DNA from: Narcine bancroftii
Lineage: Eukaryota
Assembly: GCF_036971445.1 (NCBI RefSeq)
Contig: NC_091474.1
Span: 172,856,001 to 172,920,000, forward strand
Direction: 5' to 3'
DNA: 64,000 nt
Shown here: positions 24,501 through 36,900 of the stretch, in pieces
How the letters are laid out: each line of letters opens with the position of its first letter
Numbering within the stretch: position 1 is the stretch's first letter
Translations under genes and position numbers: made by a program
The notes under the pieces: model-generated
Database searches by the model: none
What the model was told of the DNA's origin: nothing
The model's input: only the letters and a program-made list of their open reading frames with translations

Positions 24501-26319
24501 ACTGCTCCAATTGACCGTAGCTACGAATGACTCCAAATCAATCAGTGTCACATCTCAGGACAGCAAATAAATTACCAGGAGGCTAGTTGCTCTTCCCTTC
24601 ACGCTCAACTGAACGAACAGCAAGGGGCATCGTAGAAGGTTTGGAAGTTCAAAAGACTGTTTTACAACCTACTCACTCACTTTGGTGACTTGAGTAGGCC
24701 AAGCTCTTGTCTGGTGTGCCTCATGAACTGCACAACAAGTCTGGCCAACCAGTTGCAAGGTCAGGGGAAGGCTTATCAGCAACATTTTAAACTGTCTGCA
24801 GACATCAAAAGGCTGGGTGATTTTGCTCAACACAGCATAGCAGTAGCGCCTCAGTTTCTCCAGAATGTTACCACATCCAGCGCTCCATTGAGCTGAAGTG
24901 GTTGTTTATCAGCAAGTTGTCTGTAGCTGGAAGCACAGACATTTAAAATTTGCCTGTTTGAACTTTGGGAGGTTTGCATCTCAGCAGCTGTGACCGGAGG
25001 GAGCACCCGCCACCCCCCACCTCCCCACCATGTTTCACCATCCTCCCTCAGGAAGACCACTCAACCTGGGAACAACTAGCAACCCCTCCTTGAGAGAAGA
25101 AGCCTGCAATCCGGGAGACAACTACTTACTCCCCTGAGGCAAGATCACGTGACCCAGGGGGTAGCCAGCCACACCCCCCTCCCATGATGGAAGATTCTGT
25201 GACCCAGGTAGTAACCTGTGAACTAAAGCTGAAAAAAGCCACCTGTCGATGATGCCACTGAGACCTTTTCCTGCCAACAAGGCAGATTGTAATAGGTTTT
25301 CAGTCCCTCGCTCAGCACAACATTGCCTGTCGTTGATGCTGCTGTGACCTTTCCTGCAGACTAGGCAGATAGTACAGGTTTTTCAGTCCCAGCACACTAC
25401 TGATCAGCATAGCACAGCTTACCGACCTGACGGCTAGCCAGTGGACTTCCAGCAGTAATGGACAGTCGCTCTACAGACCACCACCTACCAGCTCCTGTGT
25501 GTCATTGCAGACTTCGGCTGCTACCTGACTTTCTACAGTTAACTTTTTCCTACCAGACTTTGAGATTAGCACTATGGACTCTCATATTTACCAACAACCT
25601 CCTAACAGTATGGACTTTCACTTTTGGTAATGCATCTCAAATGTTTGATAATGTTTTGGATTTCTCATGTGTCTTAACTGTAATTATCTGTAATCAGATT
25701 TTTTGCAACTGCCTGTGGTTACCTTTTGCATACGTTAAGTGTCTCACATGATTCCTACTGTAATTTATTTGTGTTGTCAATAATTGGTTGTGGCTTTCTA
25801 CTTGATTGAGCCCTGTTAGGATGTACAGTACATATCACTTCCTCCCCCAGCAACCTTCATACACGATGCTTCGGCACCGCACCACAAATGGCAAGTCTGC
25901 TCGGTTCTATGGTGGAATGTCCGCACTAATTCGGAACCGCTGAGTCAGTCGGTCGCTTACCGCTGGTTCTGTAGGGAGCTGTGTTGCGGTACACTTGGAG
26001 GGAGTGGGCAAAACCAGAGCTAACAGCTCCTGTCTTGTGACAGCTAGATATAACAGCCTCCTATCTAATGGAATCTAGCCACTACAGCCACGAGGAATAG
26101 TGACTCAGCAGCACCTGTACGTCTACTGAGAAGCCCTGGCCTACTCAACGTAGTTATGTCATGGGGTCGTTAGCACTTCAGATGTCATGACATGTTGTGT
26201 GTCTATATCAAGCCTGATAACACTGTAATAAATGCTTCTCCCTTCGTTAGCTGACAACTTCAGGTGTGATCTCATTATTTCAACATGATGGTGTACGACC
26301 TCAAACATCATCCACCACA
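21580..26319 (+). mobile_element. Non-autonomous LTR retrotransposon with a non-coding interior; 5' LTR interrupted by a Gypsy element
   Basis: LTRs 21580-24271 (split) and 25982-26319, TG...CA; TSD gagt/aagt; PBS tggtgaccccgacg (24273-24286, tRNA-Trp); no gag/pol motifs seen in 24290-25980. Confidence 0.85.
21834..24172 (+). mobile_element. Gypsy element A (no tRNA PBS), PR and RT deleted
   Basis: LTRs 21834-22028 and 23979-24172; perfect 5-bp TSD CACTG. The gag start is joined (~22395) to RNase H (EKEAQAIVEALRHWRHYL) and integrase (HPGVT..C..C, IDEYSRF). Purine tract ggaagggatgaa precedes the 3' LTR. Confidence 0.93.
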
Positions 26320-26659
26320 AAGTATTAATTTAGGGCACATTTCCTGTCTCTGCATGTAGATTACCCCTTTGATCCCTGGTGTCTCTTGTTCCTAATTGTG
26401 GAACAGCCTGGGATTCCCTTTAAGCTTAATTCATGGACTCTTTTATGCTCCCTAACTTCACTGTTAACATCTAACCTGCACAAACTATATTCTTCAGGGG
26501 ACTTGTGACTACATAAATTAAGTCGCTGGAGATATTGAAAGCTGATCGCTGCGAAGAGCCTTTATTCATCATAACAATCAGATAATCTCTTGGGAGATCT
26601 CAGTCGAATCTCTTTTAATTCAAACTTTAATATTTTGAGTATAGGCAGGCAACTTCAAA

Positions 26660-27413
26660 CAATGAGATAAACAACAGACTCGCCAAGGCAAATAGCGCCT
26701 TTGGAAGACTACACAAAAGAGTCTGGAAAAACAACCAACTGAAAAACCTCACAAAGATAAGCGTATATAGAGCCGTTGTCATACCCACACTCCTGTTCGG
26801 CTCCGAATCATGGGTCCTCTACCGGCACCACCTACGGCTCCTAGAACGCTTCCACCAGCGTTGTCTCCGCTCCATCCTCAACATCCATTGGAGCGCTTAC
26901 ATCCCTAACGTCGAAGTACTCGAGATGGCAGAGGTCGACAGCATCGAGTCCACGCTGCTGAAGATCCAGCTGCGCTGGATGGGTCACGTCTCCAGAATGG
27001 AGGACCATCGCCTTCCCAAGATCGTGTTATATGGCGAGCTCTCCACTGGCCACCGTGACAGAGGTGCACCAAAGAAAAGGTACAAGGACTGCCTAAAGAA
27101 ATCTCTTGGTGCCTGCCACATTGACCACCGCCAGTGGGCTGATATCGCCTCAAACCGTGCATCTTGGCGCCTCACAGTTTGGCGGGCAGCAACCTCCTTT
27201 GAAGAAGACCGCAGAGCCTACCTCACTGACAAAAGGCAAAGGAGGAAATACCCAACACCCAACCCCAACCAACCAATTTTCCCCTGCAACCGCTGCAATC
27301 GTGTCTGCCTGTCCCGCATCGGACTTGTCAGCCACAAACGAGCCTGCAGCTGACGTGGACTTTTTACCCCCTCCATAAATCTTCGTCCGCGAAGCCAAGC
27401 CAAAGAAGAAGAA
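26660..27413 (+). mobile_element. RTE-clade LINE, 5'-truncated copy 2
   Basis: ORF 26925-27353 is almost identical to ORF 2607-3035; same 3' end with a (gaa)n tail. Confidence 0.92.
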
Positions 27414-27940
27414 CTAGATGAACCACTTTTAATATTCAAATACCAATGGCTAATCCAAGAGTTCTGAGCACAAATCCTCAGACACCCAAAATATCTTATT
27501 TTTATTGCAGTGTTAAGGGATAGTTTTCTAGATATACAAAAAGTTTGAAATGATAAGTGACAAGACAGACGTCCTGAACTTTACATTAAGAAAGAGGCAT
27601 TTGTGCTTGACAATGTTAATGCAAAGTCCCATATCCAATTATAAGATTTTTTATAGCCTTAAAATTCAGGAGATGAACATTTTATGGCTTTTCTGATCGT
27701 ATCATGAGAAATTCATTAAGGGATGATTAACATTCAGTTATTCTTTCCATGCATTGTTCCAATGATACAGTCCCAGAATATCCCACATCCAGTCCCTCGT
27801 TTCTATGTTCTTGCAGTGGAACTTTATTCCCTCTGAAAATAGGTTCTCATTTGAATTAATGCCTGCTATATTCACCAGGTTCTATTACCAATAACTCCTG
27901 AAGAATCCCTGCAAGTCTTGGTCAATTACAAATGCCAATT

Positions 27941-28443
27941 CAGTACATTTCTGATGATCTGAAACGCTTGGGACCGGGCGTGCATTGGTTAACTGCATTT
28001 TCCGGATAAATGAGAAATGGCTTTAAGTAGCCCAGTAGAATACTTGTATTAGCTGTTGCCAATCCCCAACACTTCTCCACTGCTATCACCAATCCTGCCC
28101 GGGAGCCTGGGGTCCCCGCTTTGATCCCCGAAATCTCCTCACCACTGTTGCCGAACCTGCCTGGGAGCCCGTGGTCCTCACTCCAATCCCAGACACCTCC
28201 CCACCACCGCCTCCGAACCTGCCCGCGAGCCCAAGGTCCCAATTCGGATCCCAAGTTTAATTCTTACCTTGAGTATATAAGAGCTCTGTTGGATTCAAAA
28301 TGGCGCTATCAGCTAGTCAAAGACCCACTTGAGCATGGCGGGTTAAAAAAAATGCAATTTCCGACATCATGCTGCCACCAAAGGTTTTTTCAGATAACTG
28401 AGAATTTCGGTAAAGTGGTTTTCAGATTATCATAAATGTACTG
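27941..28443. mobile_element. Tc1/mariner-pogo-type MITE
   Basis: 23-bp TIRs cagtacattt[c/a]tgat[g/a]atctgaa; TA on the right flank (tt on the left); GC-rich interior. Confidence 0.75.
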
Positions 28444-29089
28444 TACTTGCCATCTTTCCTTTTTATTCCATGATCAAACCTTCCTCATTCAACATTCCCT
28501 AATTTTGCCATCTTTGTCTTTCTTCTTTATGGGGACATGCTGGCCTTAAACTCTTATCAACTTTCTTTTAAAGAACTCTAACTTGTTTTCTTTCATTTTA
28601 CTTGCAAGCATCTGCTCCCAATCTATTTTCACCAGATTCTCTCTTATACTATTGAAATTCACCTTTTCCCAATTCAAGAGCTTAACTTCAGGACTCACCT
28701 TATCCCTTTTTTCCTTGAAACTTACAGAATTATGGTAACTGTTCCCCCACTGAAATTACTGCCACTTGTCTAGTTTAATTTCCTAAGATAAGGTTGGGTA
28801 TTGCCCTGTCTCTAATTGGATTCTGTATTGTCTCAAGAATTTTACTCCATCCAAGCCCCTTGCACAAAGGTAATCAAATCAATAGTGGGAAGTTAAAATT
28901 TCCCACAACTATAACCCCTTGCTTTTATATAATTTTTCCCTATTTACTTACAATCCACTCCTCTAATTCTGGGAGACCTATCATATAAAACAAGCCAAGT
29001 GATTGTCCCTTTCTTGTTAACTACCCCACTTGGTCTTGTAGGAAGAGACCAGATACTTACAGTGTCTGATTGCTCCATTCCTACTCCAA

Positions 29090-29225
29090 CCTGGGTCAAT
29101 AGGAGAAACTCAGCAGATCATGCAGTGTCCTATATATAGCAAAGGTAAACATACATAACTGACATTTTGGGCTTGAGCCCTTCATCAAGGTATGGAAAAA
29201 TGTCGCCAGGCATCTGAACAAATTT
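29090..29225 (-). mobile_element. Penelope-like element terminal relic with a decayed hammerhead motif
   Basis: Minus strand 29161-29190 reads ccTTGATGAa-gggc-tcaa-gccc-AAAAtgtc, the layout of CUGAUGA-stem II-GAAAC. Family assignment is inferred. Confidence 0.5.
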
Positions 29226-29299
29226 TCTTTGTTACTGTGGGCATCAGATCCTTATTCCCTTTTACCTCTCTTAATAATTTGTAATTTTCAGATAACACT

Positions 29300-29700
29300 G
29301 CTGGACATCCTTGAGGAGACACGGGTGAAGAAGAAGAATTTTAAAATGTGAAGGACAATTTCTTTATTTACAGAGAATGGTAGATGCAGAAAGCAGATAA
29401 ATAGTTTCATTTAAGAACTTCAAGACTGACAAATGAACATGCAGGTAATGAGTAATGAAATGAGTTTATTGTCATGCACATTATACAATGTACAGGTAAA
29501 CAGGTATTTCAGAAAAAATGCCAACAGTGTACATTAGATTAAAATGAAGAGAGATAATAAATACAAAAGAAAGATAAATAAATATTCACAGATCACCATG
29601 TGCAACCCGTGAAGTTTTAGTTTAAATTGGATGTCATGTTCAGTAGAGACATGAGCCAAAGGGCCTGTTTCTGTGTTTTACTGTTCTATATTCTATCTAT
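29300..29700 (+). mobile_element. CR1 3'-end relic
   Basis: Ends ccaaagggcctgtttctgtgttttactgttctatattctat, the same 3' terminus type as the other CR1 copies here. Confidence 0.6.
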
Positions 29701-29704
29701 CTAA

Positions 29705-32700
29705 CATGGAGGGGCACATCAGAGCCAAGTGTGCAAGAAAGAAAGAAAGTGTCAACAAGGGGAAAAAAAGAGAAAAAGGGATGATCCAGATACAGAAAAC
29801 AGCCCTCTGGAGTAAAAACCGTGGCGGAAAAGGATGAAAGCCCTAGCAGTGAAACTAACGACTCAAAGGAAGACAAGGCACTGGAAGTAATGTATATTCA
29901 TGGATTAAAGGTTAAGAAATTGGAAATCTATGTCCATGTGAAAATCAACAATGAACCTCTCCAAATGGAGTTGGACACGGGGATGGGGGCAGGCAGAGGT
30001 GCCGTTAATGCAAATAAAGTTAAAACCATGACTGTTACCTCACCTCACCATTAAACACCATGGTGTGAAAACTATCATGGGGAGAAAGTCAAGGTGTTAG
30101 GAAAATTCAAAGTAAACATGGAATATAAAGGACAGACACCAAAAAGATTACCCCTCTACATCGTTGACACCAAGGAATTGGCATTGTTTGGAAGAAACTG
30201 GTTATCACACATTCAACTAGATTGGATGGAAATTGGATCCATAATGAATGTATGACTGGAGGATGTGGCCAAGCCAAAAGTGGAGCAAGTGCTTAAGAAG
30301 TATAAGACGGTTTTTGAAAATGGCCTGGAGAAAATCCAAGGAATCCAGGTGAAGTTACACTTGTAATAAGGTGTTGAACCCAAGTTCTATATGCCCAAAT
30401 TATTCCAGGCCCTGAATGGGGGAAAGAAATTCACGAAGCTGGAGTTATGCCAAGCACATCAGCAAATAGAATTGGATAAGGCCTCCAAGAAATACGTGGA
30501 AATAAATACTCATTGGGGTCATTCACCTATACCTGAATGCCAAGTGCCCCAGTAATATTTCAAGGGTTTATGCATGGCATAAATATAGGATGCTATCTTG
30601 GTGACATCATAATTACAATTAGAGACTATTCAGAGCACTGATCTAACCTAGAAAGGGTCCTAACACAATTGCAACAAGTGAACGTCCAGCTGCACCAGGA
30701 CAAGCGTGTATTTATGGTGTCTTCCGTAACATATTTGGGCTTCACAATTAACAGTGAAGGAGTCCGTATGGATACCGCTGGTACTAAAGCTGTCTGCACA
30801 ATATCCTACCCAACAAATTGAGCCAAATTGCAGTTGTTCCTGGGCTTGGTTAACCATTATTGGAAGCACATTCCAAATATGTCACTGCTGTGCAGCCCAC
30901 TGAACCAATAGTTAAGAAAAGAACAGAAATAGTGCTGGAATGAAGAGATTAGTAATGCGGTCAATCATTTTAAAGAACTAATGTCAAGCAACAATATTCT
31001 TGTCCACTATGACCCAGAAAAGGAAGTGACCCTTGCAGTGGATGTTTTGCCAGAGGGCTGAGGAGTCGTGTTGTCACAGGTGATGGAAAAGGGGAACAAC
31101 CAGTAGCTTCTGTTTTCAGGTCTTTGACGGCTTGTGAACAAATTTATGTACATCTGGAAAAATAAGGGCTATCCATAATATTGGTGTCAAACTATTTCAC
31201 CAATACTTATATGGTAGAAAGTTTACTTTAGTAACAAACAACAAATCACTGAGTTGGATTCTAGGCCCTAAACAGGGATACCAGTGCTAGCTGCAACAAG
31301 AATTCAAAGGTCGGCTATGCAGCTCACCACATATGATTATGATTCGAAACATAAACCAGCAACACAAAACGCCCATGCTGATGCCCTATCTCACTTAGCT
31401 CTACCTGAAATGAACAGAAAGATGAGATAATTAAATGGACACTGGAGGCTACAGCTATTAATCAAGAACATTTTCATTCCTTACCAATTACAGCACAGAA
31501 TGTCAGCAAAGAAGTACAGAAAGAAGCTACACTGTCAAAGGCCCTATATTTCACATTAAATGGGTGGCCCAAGGCCGAAGCCATTTCTCCTCAACTGAAA
31601 CCTTATTATACATAACCAATGAAATATCAATTGAAGAAGGTTGTTTATTATGGGGGACCAGGACAATCATTCCTATGAAATGGCAAGCTGCCATGTTATT
31701 AGAGCTCCACAACAACCATCCAGGGGTGGTTTGGATGAAAGCTTTGGCACATTTGCTTGTCTGGTAGTCATCAATGGAGATCGATATTGAACAAACAGTG
31801 AGAAGATGTTGCATTGTCAGGAGATGCAACTCAAGCCGAAGCTAACTAATGGAAATAGCCATCGTGACAATGGCACAGGATTCACATAGATGTCGCTGGT
31901 CCTTTTATGGGAGAAAACATCTTATTATTGTCAATGCATACTCTAAATGGCCAGTAGTGTCAAACATGAAAACAACACCAAACTAGACTCTGAAGTATGT
32001 TCGCATCATATGGATTACCTATAGAACTAGTCTCTGAAATCAGCCTCAGTTTGTATCTGATGCTTTTAAGGTGTTCCTATGTAATAACAATATACAAGAA
32101 ATTTTATCAGAGCCCTACCACCCAAGCATGAATGGGGAAGTGGAACATTTTGTGCAAACTTTTAAAAAGGCCATGAAAACTAACAAATCCCTAAACATAT
32201 CATGGAATCACAAACTTGCAGATTTTCTAACAGAATATAGAAACACACTGCACTCTATTACCAAACAAACACCAGCAGAATTGATGTTTGGGTGGGACTT
32301 AAGGACAAGACTTTCCACGGTGCACATGGAACAATCTACATCTCCATGTAAACCTACCAGATCTCTTGAAGTAGGAGAACAAGAATATGGGACTATCAGG
32401 ACAATAGGGAGTGTGGATTGAGGCGTGATTCTTAAAAAACTGAGTCCTTGTTCTTATTCCGTTCTGGTGGGAACTAAAATATGGAAATGCCACATCGACC
32501 AGTTAAGAGTGGGTGGATGATCCAGTGCCCAAACCCACTGCTCATGGCCCTGACGAATTTCCAGTGAGGGTTCCTAACGACAATGTTCCAGAAATATGTT
32601 TAGAAGATGATGCCCCCTTGACGTTGACTGCTCAGTACAGCTGTCCTACACTATGTCCTGCTCAGCAGTGCAGTCCAACACTACGTCTGGCTCAGCAGAG

Positions 32701-33088
32701 CAGTCCTACACAACATCCGAATGGGGCTAGCCAAGAAGATCAAAAAGGCAAAAACATCCTCATGAACACCTGAGGGACTATGTAGAGTGATTTGGCTGCT
32801 TAACATGTCATACTTATGTTGTAGTGTAATTGTAATTCACACAATTAGTCCATAGGCACCATGTAGTTATCGTATTTCAGTATAAATGGTGCCTATAAGT
32901 TATTTCACGAAGCATTTATTTTTGTGGGAGGGAGGAGGGGAGTGTGTCATGTATGCACCTGCATGCGTATGATGTCATCATGTATAAATATTGTGTGCTG
33001 CAGGGAACCATGTTTAGTTTAGTAATAAAAAATGAATGAAGCACCACGTCTCCATGTGCTAGTGTATTTCTATATCTAGAATACACAA
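29705..33088 (+). mobile_element. Degenerate Gypsy element (Mag-like), 5'-truncated, with 3' LTR ~32945-33088
   Basis: Reads GHIRAKC (zinc knuckle), LQMELDTG (PR), LLWGTRTIIP..LLELHNNHPG (IN) and PYHPSMNGEVEHFVQTFK; PPT gggagggaggagggg precedes a short TG...CA LTR containing AATAAA. Confidence 0.85.
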
Positions 33089-33289
33089 CTTTATCAATCT
33101 TTCCTATTGGCTCAAAGACAAATTATACCAGGAAGACACAACTCTACCACCAGAATCTTCAGCTGACATGACCATTCAAACATTCACTAGTTCACTGTAC
33201 CATAAAGTCCACCAAGTGCATTAGCTCTCCCTTTGCTCTTCGGTCCTGAGATGAACCATGCTCCACTCCAAATCGTGAACTGTGGACAA

Positions 33290-33629
33290 TGTTGGAGGAG
33301 TTAGGCCCTTCAGGTAGCATTGCAGCCACGCCCTCATTAGAAAAGGAACGGTGGGTAGCATTTTGAAATCCTTGGTTGTTGTAAGTCTGTACACAGTTGC
33401 TAATATCGGTAGTGTTAAATCCAATGTGACTGAGTTGTACTGTGTTTGTATGAGTGTAAGCAGTTGCTAGTATCAGTGTGACTAATTATACTGTGTTTTG
33501 AAATTGAGAGTATTTACGTGTGTTATCCCCAATGCAATCCCCATCTGTATTTTAATAAAGTTTCTTCCTTTGTTAGCCTATGTCCAGACTCATTGCTCTT
33601 TGGACCCACCAAACTTTTCCCTTCCAACA
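33290..33629 (+). mobile_element. Probable solo LTR
   Basis: Termini tgttgga...tccaaca are inverted; internal AATAAA; flanks ggacaa/gaacaa could be a TSD with one mismatch. Confidence 0.5.
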
Positions 33630-33920
33630 GAACAAGGTGCCACAGATATGAACCAGTACAGTTGCTACCCCTCCATCATAAGATTCGCAAACAACAATCT
33701 CAATCAAAGACTCATTTAAGGACTCTTATTTTAGACATTATTTATTTATTGAATATTTATTTTCTGTATTTACATTTCCCCCTTTTGTTTACATTTCTTT
33801 TCTTGAGTACAGTTTTTTGCATTACTAATAAGTAAAAATTCTGCCTGGCCTGCAGGAAAAAAAGAATCTCAGGGTTGTATGTGATGTCATGTATGATGAT
33901 AATAAATCTGAACTTTGAAT
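33630..33920 (+). mobile_element. Rex1/Babar-like LINE 3' end
   Basis: Homologous to the reverse complement of ~42190-42500; ends aataaatctgaactttgaa. Confidence 0.7.
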
Positions 33921-33935
33921 AGAGAATATCGTGTG

Positions 33936-36900
33936 TGTGGTGAACTGCTGTACACTTTATTCTGGTTTTGCCCCATCCTGTGGCTGGACCCATAGCTCCT
34001 CCCTCTTGACCCTGTATAAAGGCTCCAACACCGTAACCCCTCCCCAGAAACCCTGCATCACAGCACATGATGACCTTCCAAGTTTATTGTAAATTCTTTT
34101 GAGTTATTGATAGTGCATCGATTTTATTTACAATATTTTTTTTCAATGATGGAACAATTCTTGAAGCCTGATGAGCTGGAGATCGAACCACAATCGGCAG
34201 AAACCTGACTGGTTTAAACTCTGGCTATGCTGCTTTGTGGTCTTCCTACAAAACTTCACCAGAGTCGTGGCTATAGAGGCAAACAAACTGAACCTACCCA
34301 TCTCCCGGGTCGGACATTGAGTGTTCCCGATGATCAGGGACACCTCAGCGCACATGGAGGAAATGAACATACTCAAGGACCAGTACAGGAAGGAAGTTAA
34401 TGAGGTATAAACCAGGCACATGCTGGCTACCCACAGACAGCGACCATAAATCGAGCAACAAGTTCCTTTGTGCCCTGCATGGACTTGCATGAGTGTGCAA
34501 CTTCTAGTCAGTGCTGGCTGCCCAGAACAAGGAGGACATGATCCAGGATGCCTATGCTGCAGGTGTCAGGTCAGACTAAGCGCGCCAGAGGCTACTCGAG
34601 CAGAGAAGTTAGACTTAAGAGGGGTGATCAACCTCATGAAATCGCTGGAGATCACACTCTGTAACATTGATGCATACTCGGCAAATGGCGTGTGGGCCAC
34701 CATCTTGGGACTCAGGTCCACAGCCAGCAGCCCGCTACCACATTCAATAAAGCAAACATACCACAGCTGCAGTATCCCACAAGCACCTGAAGTGCTACTT
34801 CTGTGGCCAACCAAAGCATCCCAAAAGCACTGCTTGGTGAAAGATGCTATGTGTGCAGTGCAAGATAAAAGGGCACTACACGAAGGTATGTCAATTGCAG
34901 CTGCCTTCCAGCTCCAGCGCTGCCGCATGTGCAGCACGGGAGCTGTCATCTTAGCTGCCACCAACTTCATCTTGGATGCAACCAACTCTGGGGACAACTA
35001 CACCACCGCATGGGCACCACCATTATCCTCCCAGACCATGAGTCAACACAGGCCAGACTGTGAACTGACACTAGCCTCTGATGTGCTGGAACAAAACAGT
35101 CCACATCAACCCTTCTGGTCTATGATGGACATCTCAATCTCAATCAACAATCAGGTGACAAGATGCCTTTTTGATAGCGGGAACACTGAGAATTTTATCC
35201 ACCCCAACACGGTGCAGCATCAATCCCTTAAAGAAAAGCCAGTAAGCTATAAAGTTGCCTTGGCCTCAAAGTCCCACTCAGCCAAGATCCGCAGCTACAT
35301 TACCATGACACTGACCATGCAGGGCATGACTTACAGGAACTCTAAACTCTTTATCATACCACAGCTCTGCGCACCAGTGCTGCTGGGGTTGGACTTTCAG
35401 TGCCATCTCAAGAGTGTCACAATGCAATACGATGGTCCCCTGACCCCCCAATAGTCAGCAACCTGTGGTTTATCAGCATGCCACCCCTTCCTCCGCTATC
35501 CCAACCGACACGCGGTTTATCTACTCTCTGTATCGACCTCCCCACCACTGTTCGCGAACCTCACCTCCAACTGTAAACCAGTCACTACAAAAAGCAGACG
35601 ATACAGTGAAGGGGACAGGGCATTTATTAAAGCAAAAATCCGGTGACTACAGAATGAGGGGATCATCGAGCCCAGTACCAGCCTGTGGAGAGCCCAAATA
35701 GTGGTGGTCAAGGGTGGACACAGGATGCCGATTGATTATAGCCAGACTATTAACTGCTATATACAGCTGGATGCGTATACCCTCCCTCACATTGCGAACA
35801 TGGTCAATTAAATTGCCCACTATCATGTCTTTTCCACGATGACCTGAAATCAGTCTACCACCAGCTTCCCACCCATCTGAGGAGAGCCCGTACACCACCT
35901 TTGAGGCAGATGGCCACCTCTACCATTTCCTAAAGGTCTCTGTTTTCCAGCGGAGGGTGGACCAAAATGACCTGCGTGCTGCCTTCCCCTACTTGGATAA
36001 CGTCAAGATCTGTGGCCATCAAGCAATCCAATACCTAGGTATTAGACTACGAATCACCATTTAAATGGCAAACACAAGCAATCCGATACCTAGGTATTAG
36101 ACTAGATAATAATCTAGGCCATCTATACAGATTAGATTATCAGCCATTAATAAAAAAAATTCCAAGATGACTTAGAACAATGGAAAGATTTACCACTAAC
36201 ACTGATAGGAAGGGTTAATTGCATTAAAATGAATATCTTCCCAAGGATACAATACCGATTTCAAGCGTTACCAATTCCCTTAACAGAGAAATTCTTCAAT
36301 GAGCTAAAGAAAATAATAAGGAAATTCTTATGGAAAGGGTGGAAACCGAGGATAGCGCTAGATAAATTAACAGAATGGTACAAACAAGGGGGCTTACAGC
36401 TACCAAACTTAAATAATTATTATAAAGCAGCACAATTAAGATATCTATCAGATTTTTATCAAACAAGGGATAAACCAGATTGGACCAGGTTAGAGCTAGA
36501 TAAAATAGGGGAGAAGGTACCTGAACATATGCTATATAAGTGGGATGAAAAACTGGTGCAACAGGGGAATTCACCAGTACTGCACCATCTGCTCAACATT
36601 TGGAAGAAGATTCACGTAGAAAGGAAAAAAAACAAATTACCAACTTCCAAAATTATTATTGATGCAAAATCAACTAATCCCTTTCACAATAGATAACCTT
36701 TCCTTTAGAGAATGGGAGAGAAAAGGGATCAAAAGAATAGAAAATTGTTTTTTGGGAAATAATTTATTATCTTTTGAACAAATAAAGTACAAATATGGAA
36801 TAACTCACGGTACAATGTTTGCATACCACCAACTGAAAACCTACTTAAAGGACAAATTGGGAAGCGGGCTGAGGTTACCAGAAGGAAGCAGCTTTGAATA

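Larger units (their letters stand above)
21420..29020 (-). mobile_element. Old fragmented CR1 LINE hosting later insertions (pieces ~21420-21579, ~26320-26640, ~28450-29020)
   Basis: Minus strand reads DKSPGRDEI (~21440-21467) and VGNFNFP (~28887-28907). Extent approximate. Confidence 0.6.

Noticed and set aside
34468-35454. 328-aa ORF as a possible domesticated gene
   Set aside because: It is a frameshifted gag-protease read-through inside Gypsy B, flanked by stops.
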